64,000 nt of DNA from a virus (Duplodnaviria > Caudoviricetes), in the IMG/VR virus record IMGVR_UViG_3300035501_000922, one strand, 5' to 3'. A program made the translations under genes and the position numbers. Of the stretch, positions 1 to 11,030 are shown piece after piece (position 1 is the first letter of the stretch; the number at the start of each line of letters is the position of its first letter). The notes under the pieces were generated by a model. That model was not told where the DNA came from. It ran no database searches and saw only the letters and a program-made list of their open reading frames with translations.

Positions 1-2
1 TG

Positions 3-1007
3 AGAAAAGTAGATGGTTCTACGAGTTCTCAGGTAGATGAAGATACAATAAATAAACTACACAGATCATTGAGTATATATGATAGACGTGATAAAAAAGC
101 ATCATGGTTATGGAGAAGATATACTGATAAATATAATAGATTTAAATTACCTACAGCGGATGATGCATTATCTAGGGGATTCGGACATGTTTTTTTTGTT
201 AAACCATCATGCAATATTTTAAAAAGTGAATCGAGTCTTGTTGATGACCTCTCGGGAAATCAAAAATTTGTGTATGCATTTAAAAATTGTCCAACACTTT
301 TAAATGAATTAAGTAATGTTTCGGGTGGGCATTCATTTATGTTATCATTGTCTAATAAGGTAACCGGTTTTAGTTTAAACGAAGAGTATATCTCTGAAGT
401 TACACATGGTAAAACTTACACTGGATATCAAATAGCATATGGAAAAAATAACATTGAGTCTATGACCGTAAACAACTTATCATTGGAATTTAGTGATGAT
501 AAATTTTTACATATATATCAACTCCATAAATTATGGTTAGAATATATTAGTGGTGTTTACCGAGGTACAATAAATCCGACAGACTATAATGTAATTAATA
601 AAATTTTAGATTATGCAGGAGCTTGTTATTATATATTAACTGCTGAAGATGGAGAAAGCATTATTTATTGGGAAAAATACTATGGATTATTCCCCACAAA
701 CATAGATACTAGCGGACTCGCATGGTCAGCAGGTCAAGCTGTTTCATTCCCTAAATTTTCAGTCACATATAGATATTCATTTAGAAGCATGTATGACCCT
801 TATTTATTTACAGAATTTAATCATAATTCTAATGTACAAGGCGGGTATAGTTCTTATATCCCAACATTTGATAAAACGGCTCTGCATACAGGTCAATCGT
901 TTGTAGGTGCTCCATATATTGAACTTGACACTGGTGAATTGGGTGATATGAATAACTACACATACAAATTAAGATTTAAAGAATGCTGGGATGCATATGA
1001 CCAATAA
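3..1007 (+). CDS. Putative virion structural (tail/baseplate) protein, 5'-truncated by the window edge
   Basis: Frame is open from position 3 (RKVDGSTSSQ...) through the annotated TTG at 69. It precedes a baseplate-like gene in a structural cluster. Confidence 0.55.
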   Translation, partial: RKVDGSTSSQVDEDTINKLHRSLSIYDRRDKKASWLWRRYTDKYNRFKLPTADDALSRGFGHVFFVKPSCNILKSESSLVDDLSGNQKFVYAFKNCPTLLNELSNVSGGHSFMLSLSNKVTGFSLNEEYISEVTHGKTYTGYQIAYGKNNIESMTVNNLSLEFSDDKFLHIYQLHKLWLEYISGVYRGTINPTDYNVINKILDYAGACYYILTAEDGESIIYWEKYYGLFPTNIDTSGLAWSAGQAVSFPKFSVTYRYSFRSMYDPYLFTEFNHNSNVQGGYSSYIPTFDKTALHTGQSFVGAPYIELDTGELGDMNNYTYKLRFKECWDAYDQ

Positions 1008-1015
1008 GAAAGGGG

Positions 1016-4000
1016 TTGACAGACTTGGCTAGTAATGATACAACAATCGACAGAAGTTATGTTGATAACTTTTCCGTCAAAGAGTTTACAAAAGAAAACT
1101 TAATTGATAAGTATTTTCCGGATATTGATGTTTCTTTAAGAACGGTCGGAATGGTTGGTTTTACAACAGAACAAGTGTCCAATATATCAGAGGATATTTT
1201 CAATACAGCGACAGTTTTATTTAGAGAAACATTTCCTAATAGAGCACAAATACCTGAGAGTATATATTCACATGCAGCCATTTTTCAGTTATCTAACGTA
1301 TTTTCTTCCGCAGCATCTTGTAAGTTCTTATTAGTGCTTGAAGAAGACGCTATAATTGAAAATATGGCTGATAGTTTTGATAAAGACACAGGAATATATA
1401 CATTTTATATTGATAAAAATACAATAATAAATGTAGAAGATATGCCATATATTTTAGATTATGACATTGAACTTCGCATTGTTAGAAAGAAAAATAAAGA
1501 TAACACCGATGACTATATATTCGCAGCATCATATGTTATTCCCGATAATTTTAAAAATACACTAGCTGATGATAATACTAATAGCGACCCATATATTAAG
1601 ATTAAGCGTTCTGCTGATGGCTATATTGCATTAGAGATAATCTGTCATCAGTGTACACGTTCAGTTGTATATGAGGATATCATTAGCAGTGGTACAATCA
1701 ATTATCCTGTTATTGATGTACCATTTGAAGGTAACTTAGCAGGATTTGATATACGATACAAAACATCTACTGATACAGATGATGATTATAAACAATTAAA
1801 AACATTGGTAGTGTATTCTCAACCCATAGAGGAAAAATTCTGCTATTATCAAATGGCTGATGAGAATACATTAAGAATTACATTCAACACAAAGGATGAA
1901 TATTTTACTCCAGATTATGGTAGTACATTAGAGATTACTCTTTATACTACACTCGGTGAAGATGGTAACTTTGATGTATATACAGGTACTGATATTTCAG
2001 TTACATCTAGTGATGAGAACTATCAGTACAGTACACCGTACATAACAGCAGCTAAGCCGATGACATCATCGAGTGGTGGTTCTGAGCAAATGAGCATGGA
2101 TGGACTACAGTCATTAGCTGTAATGAGTTATCGTACTGCTACAGCATTAACAACTGATGCTGACTTGTCTGAATATTTCTCAAATTACAAATACCTATAT
2201 GGTAACAGTGATATCATGTTCATTAAGAAACGTAATGATATATATGAGAGAATATATTCAGCATTCATTATAATGAAGAATGAAAATTATATATATAACA
2301 CAAACACACTTAGTTTAGCATTAAACTTAAGTGATATGGAAAATCCTGAAACTAGCATATACATGATTCATCCCGGAACTCTTTTTACTGCTTCCAGTAC
2401 AGATTATGGTTATGCTGATTTCTTCAGAGATACAGAATTAACTGCGCAAAATACATCATGGTACAATGAGTATTTAAAAGCAGTTGAAAAAGGTGAAGTA
2501 CTATTTGTGGATGACAGTGTTGACCATAATGACTTACCTGATTATCTTAAAGATAGAAGAGCATCATTTGCTGAATACAAGAAACGAAAAGGATATGATG
2601 ATAAAGTATTCGTGTTTGATTACGATACACCAACTAAGGAGCGAATTCTAAGAAATTATGATGATCCACATCATGAAGCTAATAATCACTTCTTATATAT
2701 TAATCCATTTTTGATAAGATTTAAAAAGAATCCAAACTTAGTAAGTATGTACATGACATATATCAATCAAGCATCCACCTTAGATTTTTCGTATAAATAT
2801 GATGATTCATATGTGCAATTCATACTGTATCAATTGAAAGTTAAGAGAGAATTCTCAAAAGAAAAGAAATACACTTTAAGTGTACAGTTAATGCCTAGTA
2901 CAAGCATCAGTGAGGACTACCCTATTATTAATAGTTCAATTACTACAGTCGATGGATATGAAGAAGTTGATTATGTATTAAATGATAAATATAATACATT
3001 CAATAACGACCTTAGAGTTTTCGTTGTTATAAATGACGGAGTTAAGGATGTTTGTTACATAGAGATGTATCCTACTGATTATGATATAGAAAATGAGAAC
3101 TTTACATTTACTGCAGAATTCTTTACTGATGACCATATCACAACAGATGGAAGACTGAGAGTATTATCTGGTACGATTTATAAACCTACGAAATATGAAA
3201 AGTGCTTATCAACATCAGTTCATGCTCTTCGTGTTGTTGATGATTCTACACCAAGTGATGAATTTGATTCAAAAACTATGATTAAAATATCGGATGTAAT
3301 ATCTGATATACCGGATATTAAAGTTGGTACTGAAGAAGATAAATATGAATACGCACAAATAGCACTTGCAAATGATTATTACCAAGTAAGTGATGATGAT
3401 TATACTATTTATCATCATTATGATGCTAATGGTGTAATTGAAAAAGATATTAACAATGATATCGTTGAATATCCTGTTGATTACATAACTCAGGAAGTTA
3501 ATGCTGGTAATTTAAGAAGATGGTGCCAAGTTGTAAATATGACAAGTAGTAGTGAAATACTCATACCTATGACAGATGTTAAGTGCTTAGTATACACAAC
3601 ATATCGTCGTAAATATGACCCTGATACTTTAAAACTGGAAGTTATTGACCCTGATAATGATGCTCTCTATGACGATGAAAAAGATAGGGATGTAAGAGTT
3701 ATCAATAATATATGCCCTGATAAGAGCTTGGGTGCTAATTCATATGATACGACGCTTGATAGTTATTTCATAACGAATGAGTATCAATCAGCGAGTGACC
3801 CAATAACATTTTTAAAACCATTGAATAATGTGAGGTCAAATCTCATATTTAAAGATTATACATTAACAGAAAACTATACTGATGATAATGGTAATGAAAG
3901 CTTTAGATATGTATATGATATACTTGATGCTGAGATATCATCAATACCATTTATTAGATGGTCAACTGCGTTAGATGAAGATAGTTTATCATATTTCATG

Positions 4001-4495
4001 AATAGCTTTTTAGCACAATATAATAATTTAATAGACATCATTAATACTAAACTGAGGAATGAAACATCCATAGATGTTAAGTTTTATAATACTTATGGAC
4101 GGAGTAAAAACTTTATTATCGGTGAAGAAGATGAGAGAATGGATACAGTTAATCTTTCATTATCATTTGATGTTTGGTTTACTCCGGGAACAGACCTCAT
4201 TAGTGTTGTACCTGATGTTAAAGAATATATTAAAACTGAGATTGAGACAATTAATTCTGATGGTTTGAATAATCTGTATATTTCTAACTTAATGAGAAAA
4301 ATTGAGTTACAGTTTGTTTATGTAGATCATATTCGTTTTAATTACATTAATGAATACGACCCAAAATATCAGGCTGTTAAGAATTACGTTACAGATTTAT
4401 CAGAGTTAACTGTAAGTGAAAGACGAGATTATGTACCTGAGTTTTTAGTAGTAGATACTGAAGATATTACTATTAACGAGTATTTCTCATCTTGA
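1016..4495 (+). CDS. Putative baseplate wedge-like virion protein (1159 aa) carrying inserted modules A and B
   Basis: Large acidic beta-rich ORF. N-terminal 'F..RAQ.PESIYSHA' and internal 'SSGG...T..D' segments resemble baseplate wedge (T4 gp6-like) proteins. Structural context. Confidence 0.55.
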   Translation: MTDLASNDTTIDRSYVDNFSVKEFTKENLIDKYFPDIDVSLRTVGMVGFTTEQVSNISEDIFNTATVLFRETFPNRAQIPESIYSHAAIFQLSNVFSSAASCKFLLVLEEDAIIENMADSFDKDTGIYTFYIDKNTIINVEDMPYILDYDIELRIVRKKNKDNTDDYIFAASYVIPDNFKNTLADDNTNSDPYIKIKRSADGYIALEIICHQCTRSVVYEDIISSGTINYPVIDVPFEGNLAGFDIRYKTSTDTDDDYKQLKTLVVYSQPIEEKFCYYQMADENTLRITFNTKDEYFTPDYGSTLEITLYTTLGEDGNFDVYTGTDISVTSSDENYQYSTPYITAAKPMTSSSGGSEQMSMDGLQSLAVMSYRTATALTTDADLSEYFSNYKYLYGNSDIMFIKKRNDIYERIYSAFIIMKNENYIYNTNTLSLALNLSDMENPETSIYMIHPGTLFTASSTDYGYADFFRDTELTAQNTSWYNEYLKAVEKGEVLFVDDSVDHNDLPDYLKDRRASFAEYKKRKGYDDKVFVFDYDTPTKERILRNYDDPHHEANNHFLYINPFLIRFKKNPNLVSMYMTYINQASTLDFSYKYDDSYVQFILYQLKVKREFSKEKKYTLSVQLMPSTSISEDYPIINSSITTVDGYEEVDYVLNDKYNTFNNDLRVFVVINDGVKDVCYIEMYPTDYDIENENFTFTAEFFTDDHITTDGRLRVLSGTIYKPTKYEKCLSTSVHALRVVDDSTPSDEFDSKTMIKISDVISDIPDIKVGTEEDKYEYAQIALANDYYQVSDDDYTIYHHYDANGVIEKDINNDIVEYPVDYITQEVNAGNLRRWCQVVNMTSSSEILIPMTDVKCLVYTTYRRKYDPDTLKLEVIDPDNDALYDDEKDRDVRVINNICPDKSLGANSYDTTLDSYFITNEYQSASDPITFLKPLNNVRSNLIFKDYTLTENYTDDNGNESFRYVYDILDAEISSIPFIRWSTALDEDSLSYFMNSFLAQYNNLIDIINTKLRNETSIDVKFYNTYGRSKNFIIGEEDERMDTVNLSLSFDVWFTPGTDLISVVPDVKEYIKTEIETINSDGLNNLYISNLMRKIELQFVYVDHIRFNYINEYDPKYQAVKNYVTDLSELTVSERRDYVPEFLVVDTEDITINEYFSS

Positions 4496-4496
4496 A

Positions 4497-4508
4497 AACA
4501 ATAACATA
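4497..4508 (+). promoter_or_regulatory. Late-type promoter AACA-N6-TA
   Basis: AACA ATAACA TA just upstream of RBS AAGGAG and the 4540 ORF. Matches the AR9 non-virion RNAP consensus. Confidence 0.6.
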
Positions 4509-4539
4509 AAAATGAATAATATAAAGGAGTGAATATATA

Positions 4540-5496
4540 GTGGAAACTTTTGCTGACAGAGAAAAGAGAGTTATTAACTTCATGGATGAAGTTAAAGCCA
4601 CAAAAGACCAGGAAGCTCAAGATGAGGCTTTCAAGAAAACGGATGATTATAAGCTAAAATGTTTGAATAGAAATCAAGATGACGCTAAGGGTGTTTGTCT
4701 TGATATGGTATTTTCAAAAATCTATAAAGACGCTTTACCTCTTAATAATGACTACAAAGTTGCCCATGGTGAAGACCTTGATGCTGAAATGAAGGATTTT
4801 ATTCAGGATCGTTGCCCTAAAGGTATGGCATACTATGTACGTGAGGGAATTAAGAAAGGTAGTAAGCCTGCTAAAAAGATTATGGATGAAACCAATAAGA
4901 TTGTAGAGGATGATTACAATCAGAAGGCCATGAACCTTGAAGATTATAATGCAGATGATATGGTTTTCCGTATGACTGGTGATAATCAAAAGAAGATTGA
5001 TGTTATGAATAGTAATCTTAATCTTGATGGAATTTCTGATGTTATCCGTGATAATGTTAAGTCCTCAGCTATATCTGAAATTAAAAGAGCTAAAGAAGAG
5101 AAAGATAGTATCAAGCAGTTTGAATCAGAACTTGCAAATGATATGAATGTTACTGATGAATCTGCTATTGATAATGCTCTTGAACTTTACGGTTTTACAG
5201 AGAAGAGAGATTTCCAACCTACGTTATTCCAAGGAATTATGATAGGTAAAATGAATCAACTGCAAAAGATGCAGGAATCTGGTAATCTTGAGCCTGAGTA
5301 TATTTATGATACATTGGCTGAATATGGATTACCTGAGCCTACTACTGAAGGTACCCATTATGCTACTATTGGGGAGCTTGCTTTTGTAGAATCTGTTAAG
5401 GAATATACAAAGCTTAATATTCTTAAAGCTTTAAAACTTGAAAAATTTGATATAAATAGTGTGAACGAACTGGCAAATAATTATGCGTCTAAATAA
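4540..5496 (+). CDS. Hypothetical protein, likely virion/head-associated
   Basis: 318-aa ORF with RBS AAGGAG, own late-type promoter and downstream hairpin. Contains x-x-E-S motifs (TDES, MQES, FVES). Confidence 0.6.
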   Translation: METFADREKRVINFMDEVKATKDQEAQDEAFKKTDDYKLKCLNRNQDDAKGVCLDMVFSKIYKDALPLNNDYKVAHGEDLDAEMKDFIQDRCPKGMAYYVREGIKKGSKPAKKIMDETNKIVEDDYNQKAMNLEDYNADDMVFRMTGDNQKKIDVMNSNLNLDGISDVIRDNVKSSAISEIKRAKEEKDSIKQFESELANDMNVTDESAIDNALELYGFTEKRDFQPTLFQGIMIGKMNQLQKMQESGNLEPEYIYDTLAEYGLPEPTTEGTHYATIGELAFVESVKEYTKLNILKALKLEKFDINSVNELANNYASK

Positions 5497-5499
5497 TTT

Positions 5500-5535
5500 A
5501 AAAGATGAGTATGTATTTTTACATACTCATCTTTT
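5500..5535 (+). terminator. Intrinsic terminator hairpin
   Basis: aaaagatgagtatgta...tacatactcatctttt inverted repeat directly after the stop at 5496. Confidence 0.75.
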
Positions 5536-5561
5536 TAGGTCTACTGCAAGTCAATCAAGAG

Positions 5562-5573
5562 AACAATGTCATA
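5562..5573 (+). promoter_or_regulatory. Late-type promoter AACA-N6-TA
   Basis: AACA ATGTCA TA lies between the terminator and RBS GAAAGGAAG, which supports a true start at 5619. Confidence 0.6.
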
Positions 5574-5618
5574 AGTTTAGCAATTATTTATAAAAATATT
5601 ATAGAAAGGAAGATTAAT

Positions 5619-7223
5619 ATGGAACGTCAAGTTATACATGACCATGTCCAGCTAAGTTCGTTACAGGGTAAACAGATTAAAAATGTTATATATCCTGAAA
5701 ATACAGCGCAGGATGTTATATTAAATACAGAAAATAATGCTAATGTTGATGCATGGGAGACCCTTCAAGATATTATTGATAATATAGGTATACTCGCATT
5801 TTATGATACAATTATTGATGACGGTAATAATGATGAAGGCACATATCAAAAATGTACTGCAACTGATGATGGGGCATTACTTGTAGTAAGTAATGATATA
5901 TCAGATAGTGATTTTAATAGCAATACTCAGATTAAATTGGAAGACATCTCTAAATATGTTGAAGATGCAAAAATAGGTGAATACTATAAAATTATCACTC
6001 TTCCTAATAATTTAACTTGGAGTTCATTAAAAATAAATAATAAAATGGTTGAGATCATGAATGAAATGAGTGAAGAACTCAAAAATAGTATTGATCAACT
6101 CAACGATAGTATTGATTCAACAAATACAAATATAACCACAACTATTAATAATAATATGAGTGTAATTGATAATACTTTAAGTGATCTTGACACTAGGACA
6201 TCAAAGATTGAAAAATATATAAAAAGAATTGTTACTAAACTATACAGTGCAGTTCTTACAGGCGATCCGGGAAAAAGTAGAAACACAAAGGATAGATCTG
6301 TTCAGTATTTTACAATAAATGGTGTGATATCTAATTATTTGGATTTATATTTAATAGATGATGGACGCCAGTATATTTATTGTGGGGATATAGCATCAAA
6401 TGAACATTGTAATGAACATTTATTAATTACCCAATCATATGAGAAATGTGAAAGTGGTGATGATGGTGCGATGAAAGTAATAGATTCCGACAGCGACCTA
6501 CCAACCGAAGATACAATGCCATTATGGTTTGTAGAGGGTGATGTGTCAGATATTAAAGTTGGGGAGTATGTCAGAGAGATGACTGGTAGTACACCTGATA
6601 ATTCACTAATTGAAACCTATCAAAAAGATACAGAAAATACTAAGGGCTCGTTACTTGTAGTTGATAACAGTGTGTCCGATGACGAATTTGATAGTGAAAC
6701 ACAAATTAAATTATCTGATATTACCAGTTATGTTGAAAATGCAAAAATAGGTGAATACTATCTTAAGGGTATATACAAGACAATTTCATATAAAACCGCT
6801 AGATATGATATACCATTCGGTATAATTTATACTGGAAAATATGTTTCACCATTAAATTATTCGTCTGATATATTTATCTATAAGTCTGAAATAATTAATG
6901 CCAGTAATCTTGGTGTTGTAGATATCTATACTGGAAGGAATGGCTATACATATTATATAAGCATTGCTAATGAAGCGGTAAGAGTATGTTTAGATGAAGA
7001 TAATGATTATCATATAGACCTTGGTGCAAATAATGTTATAATCGACAAAAGTACAAATAATGGTGATGAATTAATTAATATTGATAGTGAGAAAACTATT
7101 ATTAATAACACATTGAATATACCTACAACACTCAGGTATGGTCCATACAAAGCATCAAATAAAGAACATCAATTTGATTTTGTTTATGAAGATGATGGGA
7201 CATTGTCTATTATCGGAATATAA
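5619..7223 (+). CDS. Putative tail-fibre-associated protein with three copies of module A and a coiled-coil segment
   Basis: Start reassigned from 5505 to ATG 5619 (RBS present; the 5505 start lies inside the terminator). Three internal ~48-aa repeats. Upstream of the tail fibre gene. Confidence 0.55.
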   Translation: MERQVIHDHVQLSSLQGKQIKNVIYPENTAQDVILNTENNANVDAWETLQDIIDNIGILAFYDTIIDDGNNDEGTYQKCTATDDGALLVVSNDISDSDFNSNTQIKLEDISKYVEDAKIGEYYKIITLPNNLTWSSLKINNKMVEIMNEMSEELKNSIDQLNDSIDSTNTNITTTINNNMSVIDNTLSDLDTRTSKIEKYIKRIVTKLYSAVLTGDPGKSRNTKDRSVQYFTINGVISNYLDLYLIDDGRQYIYCGDIASNEHCNEHLLITQSYEKCESGDDGAMKVIDSDSDLPTEDTMPLWFVEGDVSDIKVGEYVREMTGSTPDNSLIETYQKDTENTKGSLLVVDNSVSDDEFDSETQIKLSDITSYVENAKIGEYYLKGIYKTISYKTARYDIPFGIIYTGKYVSPLNYSSDIFIYKSEIINASNLGVVDIYTGRNGYTYYISIANEAVRVCLDEDNDYHIDLGANNVIIDKSTNNGDELINIDSEKTIINNTLNIPTTLRYGPYKASNKEHQFDFVYEDDGTLSIIGI

Positions 7224-7243
7224 TATTAAGGAGATGAATACAA

Positions 7244-9337
7244 ATGGCAGAAGAAAATAGTGTAGCTGTAATTACATCAGATCCAATATCTACTACTGAT
7301 TCAGGTTTAAAACTTTACCTGAGAATAAGAGTACTAAGTCAGGATTTAAAAACCAACTCATCTAATGTAAGAATAGCTGTGTTAGCAACTAGAACAGATA
7401 GTAAAACAACTTCTTTAAAATCTTTTAGCCTTGATGGGTATGTAAGTTCAAAAACGTCAACAAGTGATCTGGATGAATACGGAGCTGGCTCAGATGCTAA
7501 TTTTACCACTCGTACAATTAAAAAAGGTACTAATACAGTAATATGGAGAAATGATAGTGACAGTGGAGATAATGGTGTAAAATTTACGCACGATAAAGTC
7601 GGATCGAAGACTATAACAATGTCTCTAACTACATTTAAGGCTAATTCAACAACTATTTTAAATAAAACAAAGAGTGGTGCACCATCAATTTCATTAGTTA
7701 TACCAGATTTAGGAACGGCTTCAACAATATCAAGTATTTCTGGCAATTCAACTTTAGGTACTTCAGGAACATTATCTGTAGCCATGAATGCTAGTCAGAT
7801 AGGGTTTACACATAAGCTTATGTTTAAAATAGGTAACACAAGTTATACCCTAAATGCAGGTTCGGCTTCTAAGAGATATACAGATTTTACATACGCACAT
7901 ACACTACAAGAAACTCTTATGAAAGAATTTAAAACGGAAACATCAATGACCATGACGGTTGTATTATATACATATCGAAATGGAACTTTAGTAGGGTCAA
8001 GCTATAAAAATCACACCGTCAGCATATCAAATAGTATCGGGCCATCAATAACAGTAAATTCATCATCTGCATATGCTACAAAAAATGTCTGGAGAGTAGA
8101 TGATATCAAAGGTACTATAGCGAAATACGGTGAAAGTGGTACTGTACCAGATGATGGTGAGACACTAATAATTGGTGGTAAAACCTTATTTAAATATGAT
8201 ATTTCAATAGGACATGCAAAAACGTATGATATGTCACCAATAAAAACAATAACAATACGTGATTCTAAAAATGTGTACTATAGTTGTCAGTATACAATGA
8301 CTGATAACAAGCTTGTTGTACAATTGGCTAGTTCATTTACTGTTAAATCAACATATGCATCACCATTATATATATCTGTAACTAATTTTCGTGGTAAAAC
8401 GATAACAAAAACACTTTTATCAGATATAAACTACGATTATACTTCACCATCGGCTACTATCACAAAAATTGAAAAAATAAATAACTCATTAAAAATTACA
8501 TTTAAGTACCATGGATGCACCTTTGGTGATAAAGAACATGTTCATAATTTCGTAGAGTTTTATCTGTATGGTCATGATCGCACGGAAGCTAATGACAATC
8601 GATGGAAATCATATGATAACAATGTAATGAAATTATATGAGAACGGTATGGGTACCCACTTTGGCAACGATGACAGTTTAAGCTATAGTACATCATCAAA
8701 TGGAAATACATATAGTGTAACGTTAGATGCTAGTAATTTTGACAATTCCGATCTTGATTCATATGATTTTAAAGTTTTGTATTGTGACTCATTTTCATGT
8801 GGTGAATCAAATACTTTATCTTATATAAATAAAGCAACATTTCTAAACTTCAATGCAGATAGCCAATCTATCGGTATTGGAGGAAAAGCAAGTATTGTTA
8901 ATGACAATAGTGTTACAATTGCTGATGGATGGGGTTTATATTTACCAACAGGTGATTATACACCTTCAAGTTCTTCAGGTGATGCACTGTATATGAATAC
9001 TACAACAGGTTTGATTTGTAAATTATCATCGGCACTCAGATACAAAGATGATGTAAACTATGATATAGATAAAGAAAAGATACACGAAATAGTATCAAAC
9101 TTTAAGCCTGTAACGTTTAAATATAAAAATAGTAATGATGTAGAATATGGTTTAATAGCAGATGACCTTGATAAGTTAGATAATAAACTGGTTGTATATA
9201 ATCAGGATGGCTCAGTTGAAAACTTCAGAGACCGTGGTATTTTAGCAATGTTAATTGTTGAAATTCAACGTCAGAATGCTATAATTGAATCATTATATAA
9301 AAAACTCGAAGATAAAGAAAATAAAGAAGACGAATAA
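7244..9337 (+). CDS. Tail fibre/spike protein with C-terminal peptidase S74 intramolecular chaperone
   Basis: Ser/Thr-rich beta-structured body. C-terminus 'SSALRYKDDV...KPVTFKYK...YGLIADDL...' followed by a coiled coil is the S74 chaperone signature. Confidence 0.75.
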   Translation: MAEENSVAVITSDPISTTDSGLKLYLRIRVLSQDLKTNSSNVRIAVLATRTDSKTTSLKSFSLDGYVSSKTSTSDLDEYGAGSDANFTTRTIKKGTNTVIWRNDSDSGDNGVKFTHDKVGSKTITMSLTTFKANSTTILNKTKSGAPSISLVIPDLGTASTISSISGNSTLGTSGTLSVAMNASQIGFTHKLMFKIGNTSYTLNAGSASKRYTDFTYAHTLQETLMKEFKTETSMTMTVVLYTYRNGTLVGSSYKNHTVSISNSIGPSITVNSSSAYATKNVWRVDDIKGTIAKYGESGTVPDDGETLIIGGKTLFKYDISIGHAKTYDMSPIKTITIRDSKNVYYSCQYTMTDNKLVVQLASSFTVKSTYASPLYISVTNFRGKTITKTLLSDINYDYTSPSATITKIEKINNSLKITFKYHGCTFGDKEHVHNFVEFYLYGHDRTEANDNRWKSYDNNVMKLYENGMGTHFGNDDSLSYSTSSNGNTYSVTLDASNFDNSDLDSYDFKVLYCDSFSCGESNTLSYINKATFLNFNADSQSIGIGGKASIVNDNSVTIADGWGLYLPTGDYTPSSSSGDALYMNTTTGLICKLSSALRYKDDVNYDIDKEKIHEIVSNFKPVTFKYKNSNDVEYGLIADDLDKLDNKLVVYNQDGSVENFRDRGILAMLIVEIQRQNAIIESLYKKLEDKENKEDE

Positions 9338-9341
9338 ATAA

Positions 9342-9377
9342 AATGAAGAGATACAGAAATTTCTGTATCTCTTCATT
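9342..9377. terminator. Bidirectional terminator between convergent genes
   Basis: Perfect inverted repeat aatgaagagatacagaa/ttctgtatctcttcatt between the stops at 9337 (+) and 9381 (-). Confidence 0.8.
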
Positions 9378-9380
9378 ATT

Positions 9381-10430
9381 TTAATCGTTCACGATATTTG
9401 TTTTAATGACATAATCCCCAACTTCAATATCTGATATATCAGATATTACGTCAGATTTGTGAACCATCTTAGATGAATCAAAATCATCATCAGGATATTC
9501 GTCTTCAACTACTTTAAGTGACAAAGCATTATCTACAGTACTTCGCTCATATACAATAGTTTTCTCGGCTTCAGTAGTACTTGATGTATTCGTATCATTA
9601 GGTGTACTTACCTCAAGTACATCATTTGAGTTGTTCTTGAGTTTAATATTTTCTGTTAATATACTATTGATAACCTCGTCATTATAAATAACAATGATTT
9701 TTGTTAAATCAAGATTAATTGATAAATTAATGATACGAGGTTTAAAGTCATTAACAATTGGTTGAATTTCAATACCCTCAGTACGTGTTGAATATACAGG
9801 AATCTTATTTTCCAACGCAGTATTAATCGTACATGACTTGCAATTATAAGACTTAGAATAAATTGACGGATGATTGCTAACATCCTCGTCTTTAAACTTA
9901 TCTTGATAAATTGAAACATCATTAATAGAAATTGTGGTTCTCTTATTCTTTGTACACATAATACCATACGGTAAGGTATCTGTAATCATCCAGTCTAAAT
10001 CAACCTGAAGATGTTTAATTCTTCTGTATACACACTCATTCTCAGCATTTACACCAAGAGGATAAACAAAGTCTGTACTCTTGATAGGTTTGATTATAAC
10101 TGAGTGTTCAATCTCTTTTTGACTTGAATCATATACGGTGTAATCAACTGCAACCGTATAGCTATCATATACCTTATCAATTTCTGTAATACCATTATCT
10201 TTTATAAAATCAATAATCGTATCAGCATTTTCTTTATTGGACTTAATATTGGAGAAATCGAAATCACTAAAATACAAAGAAGCTTTAGTAATCTTTTGAT
10301 AAGGATCATTAGTTTGATTTACACTGTTAGGAGTAATCGTCTTTACGTCTGTAATAGGTGCTGTAACATCCTGTAACATCTGATATATAGCACCGTCGTT
10401 TATAGTATAAATAGATTTCATATTAATCAC
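9381..10430 (-). CDS. Hypothetical protein with C-terminal module A
   Basis: 349-aa ORF overlapping the rusA-like gene stop. The last ~50 aa match module A after a Ser/Thr linker. Confidence 0.65.
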   Translation of the reverse strand: MINMKSIYTINDGAIYQMLQDVTAPITDVKTITPNSVNQTNDPYQKITKASLYFSDFDFSNIKSNKENADTIIDFIKDNGITEIDKVYDSYTVAVDYTVYDSSQKEIEHSVIIKPIKSTDFVYPLGVNAENECVYRRIKHLQVDLDWMITDTLPYGIMCTKNKRTTISINDVSIYQDKFKDEDVSNHPSIYSKSYNCKSCTINTALENKIPVYSTRTEGIEIQPIVNDFKPRIINLSINLDLTKIIVIYNDEVINSILTENIKLKNNSNDVLEVSTPNDTNTSSTTEAEKTIVYERSTVDNALSLKVVEDEYPDDDFDSSKMVHKSDVISDISDIEVGDYVIKTNIVND

Positions 10431-11025
10431 CCTTTCGTATTATTTTTCTTTTATTAAAATTAGAATCATAATCTTCCATGTATGAAATGGTTACTTCAAT
10501 ACGTGGTTTAACCGAATAATATTTTGATGTTGTTCCTTCTACAATTAACGAGTCATCATATATTAGAAAACCCTGACACATGTCACAATATGTTTTAGCA
10601 ACATTATCCCAGTCAGGTTTTGAAGTTGGTCTAATGAATCCTAATTCTGCACACACCTTTTCAACTGCACTCATACTACTAGGAATTGGAAAGTATGCAT
10701 TGCAATAGAATTTAGTGGGTGTTGTTATTATATCTATGTCCTGATTTGTCATGAATTTTTCAAATATTTTTTTATTATCTTTTGCCCCTTTTACATAAAA
10801 TACTCCATTCTTACCACTTCTAGGTCGAGGTGTTGCTTTAGGTAAAAGATAAATAGTATATTTTATAGTTTTCCATTTTATATTCTTTATACGTGATATT
10901 TCATCATTGATCTTCTTTTGAGATTTTTTCAGATTTATTGTACGCAATAAATAATTGAGTCTCTCATCAGAGTCAGATGGAATATCACCGTATTTTTCGT
11001 TGTATTCTTTTTCAATCTTTAACAT
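10423..11025 (-). CDS. rusA: RusA-family Holliday junction resolvase
   Basis: Motifs 'PKATPRPR', 'KPDWDNVAKTYCD' and 'IYDDSLIV...K.YS..PRIEV' are the RusA signature. Confidence 0.85.
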   Translation of the reverse strand: MLKIEKEYNEKYGDIPSDSDERLNYLLRTINLKKSQKKINDEISRIKNIKWKTIKYTIYLLPKATPRPRSGKNGVFYVKGAKDNKKIFEKFMTNQDIDIITTPTKFYCNAYFPIPSSMSAVEKVCAELGFIRPTSKPDWDNVAKTYCDMCQGFLIYDDSLIVEGTTSKYYSVKPRIEVTISYMEDYDSNFNKRKIIRKGD

Positions 11026-11030
11026 AATTC

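Noticed and set aside
5505-5618. N-terminal signal-like extension of the 572-aa ORF
   Set aside because: It overlaps a terminator and a promoter, and a strong RBS supports ATG 5619.
5844-5987. DNA palindrome underlying module A (RPE-like element)
   Set aside because: No clear inverted repeat seen by eye in this copy; conservation across the different genes appears to be mainly at the protein level.
5844-6761. Diversity-generating retroelement TR/VR pair
   Set aside because: Differences between repeats are not adenine-specific and no reverse transcriptase is present in the window.
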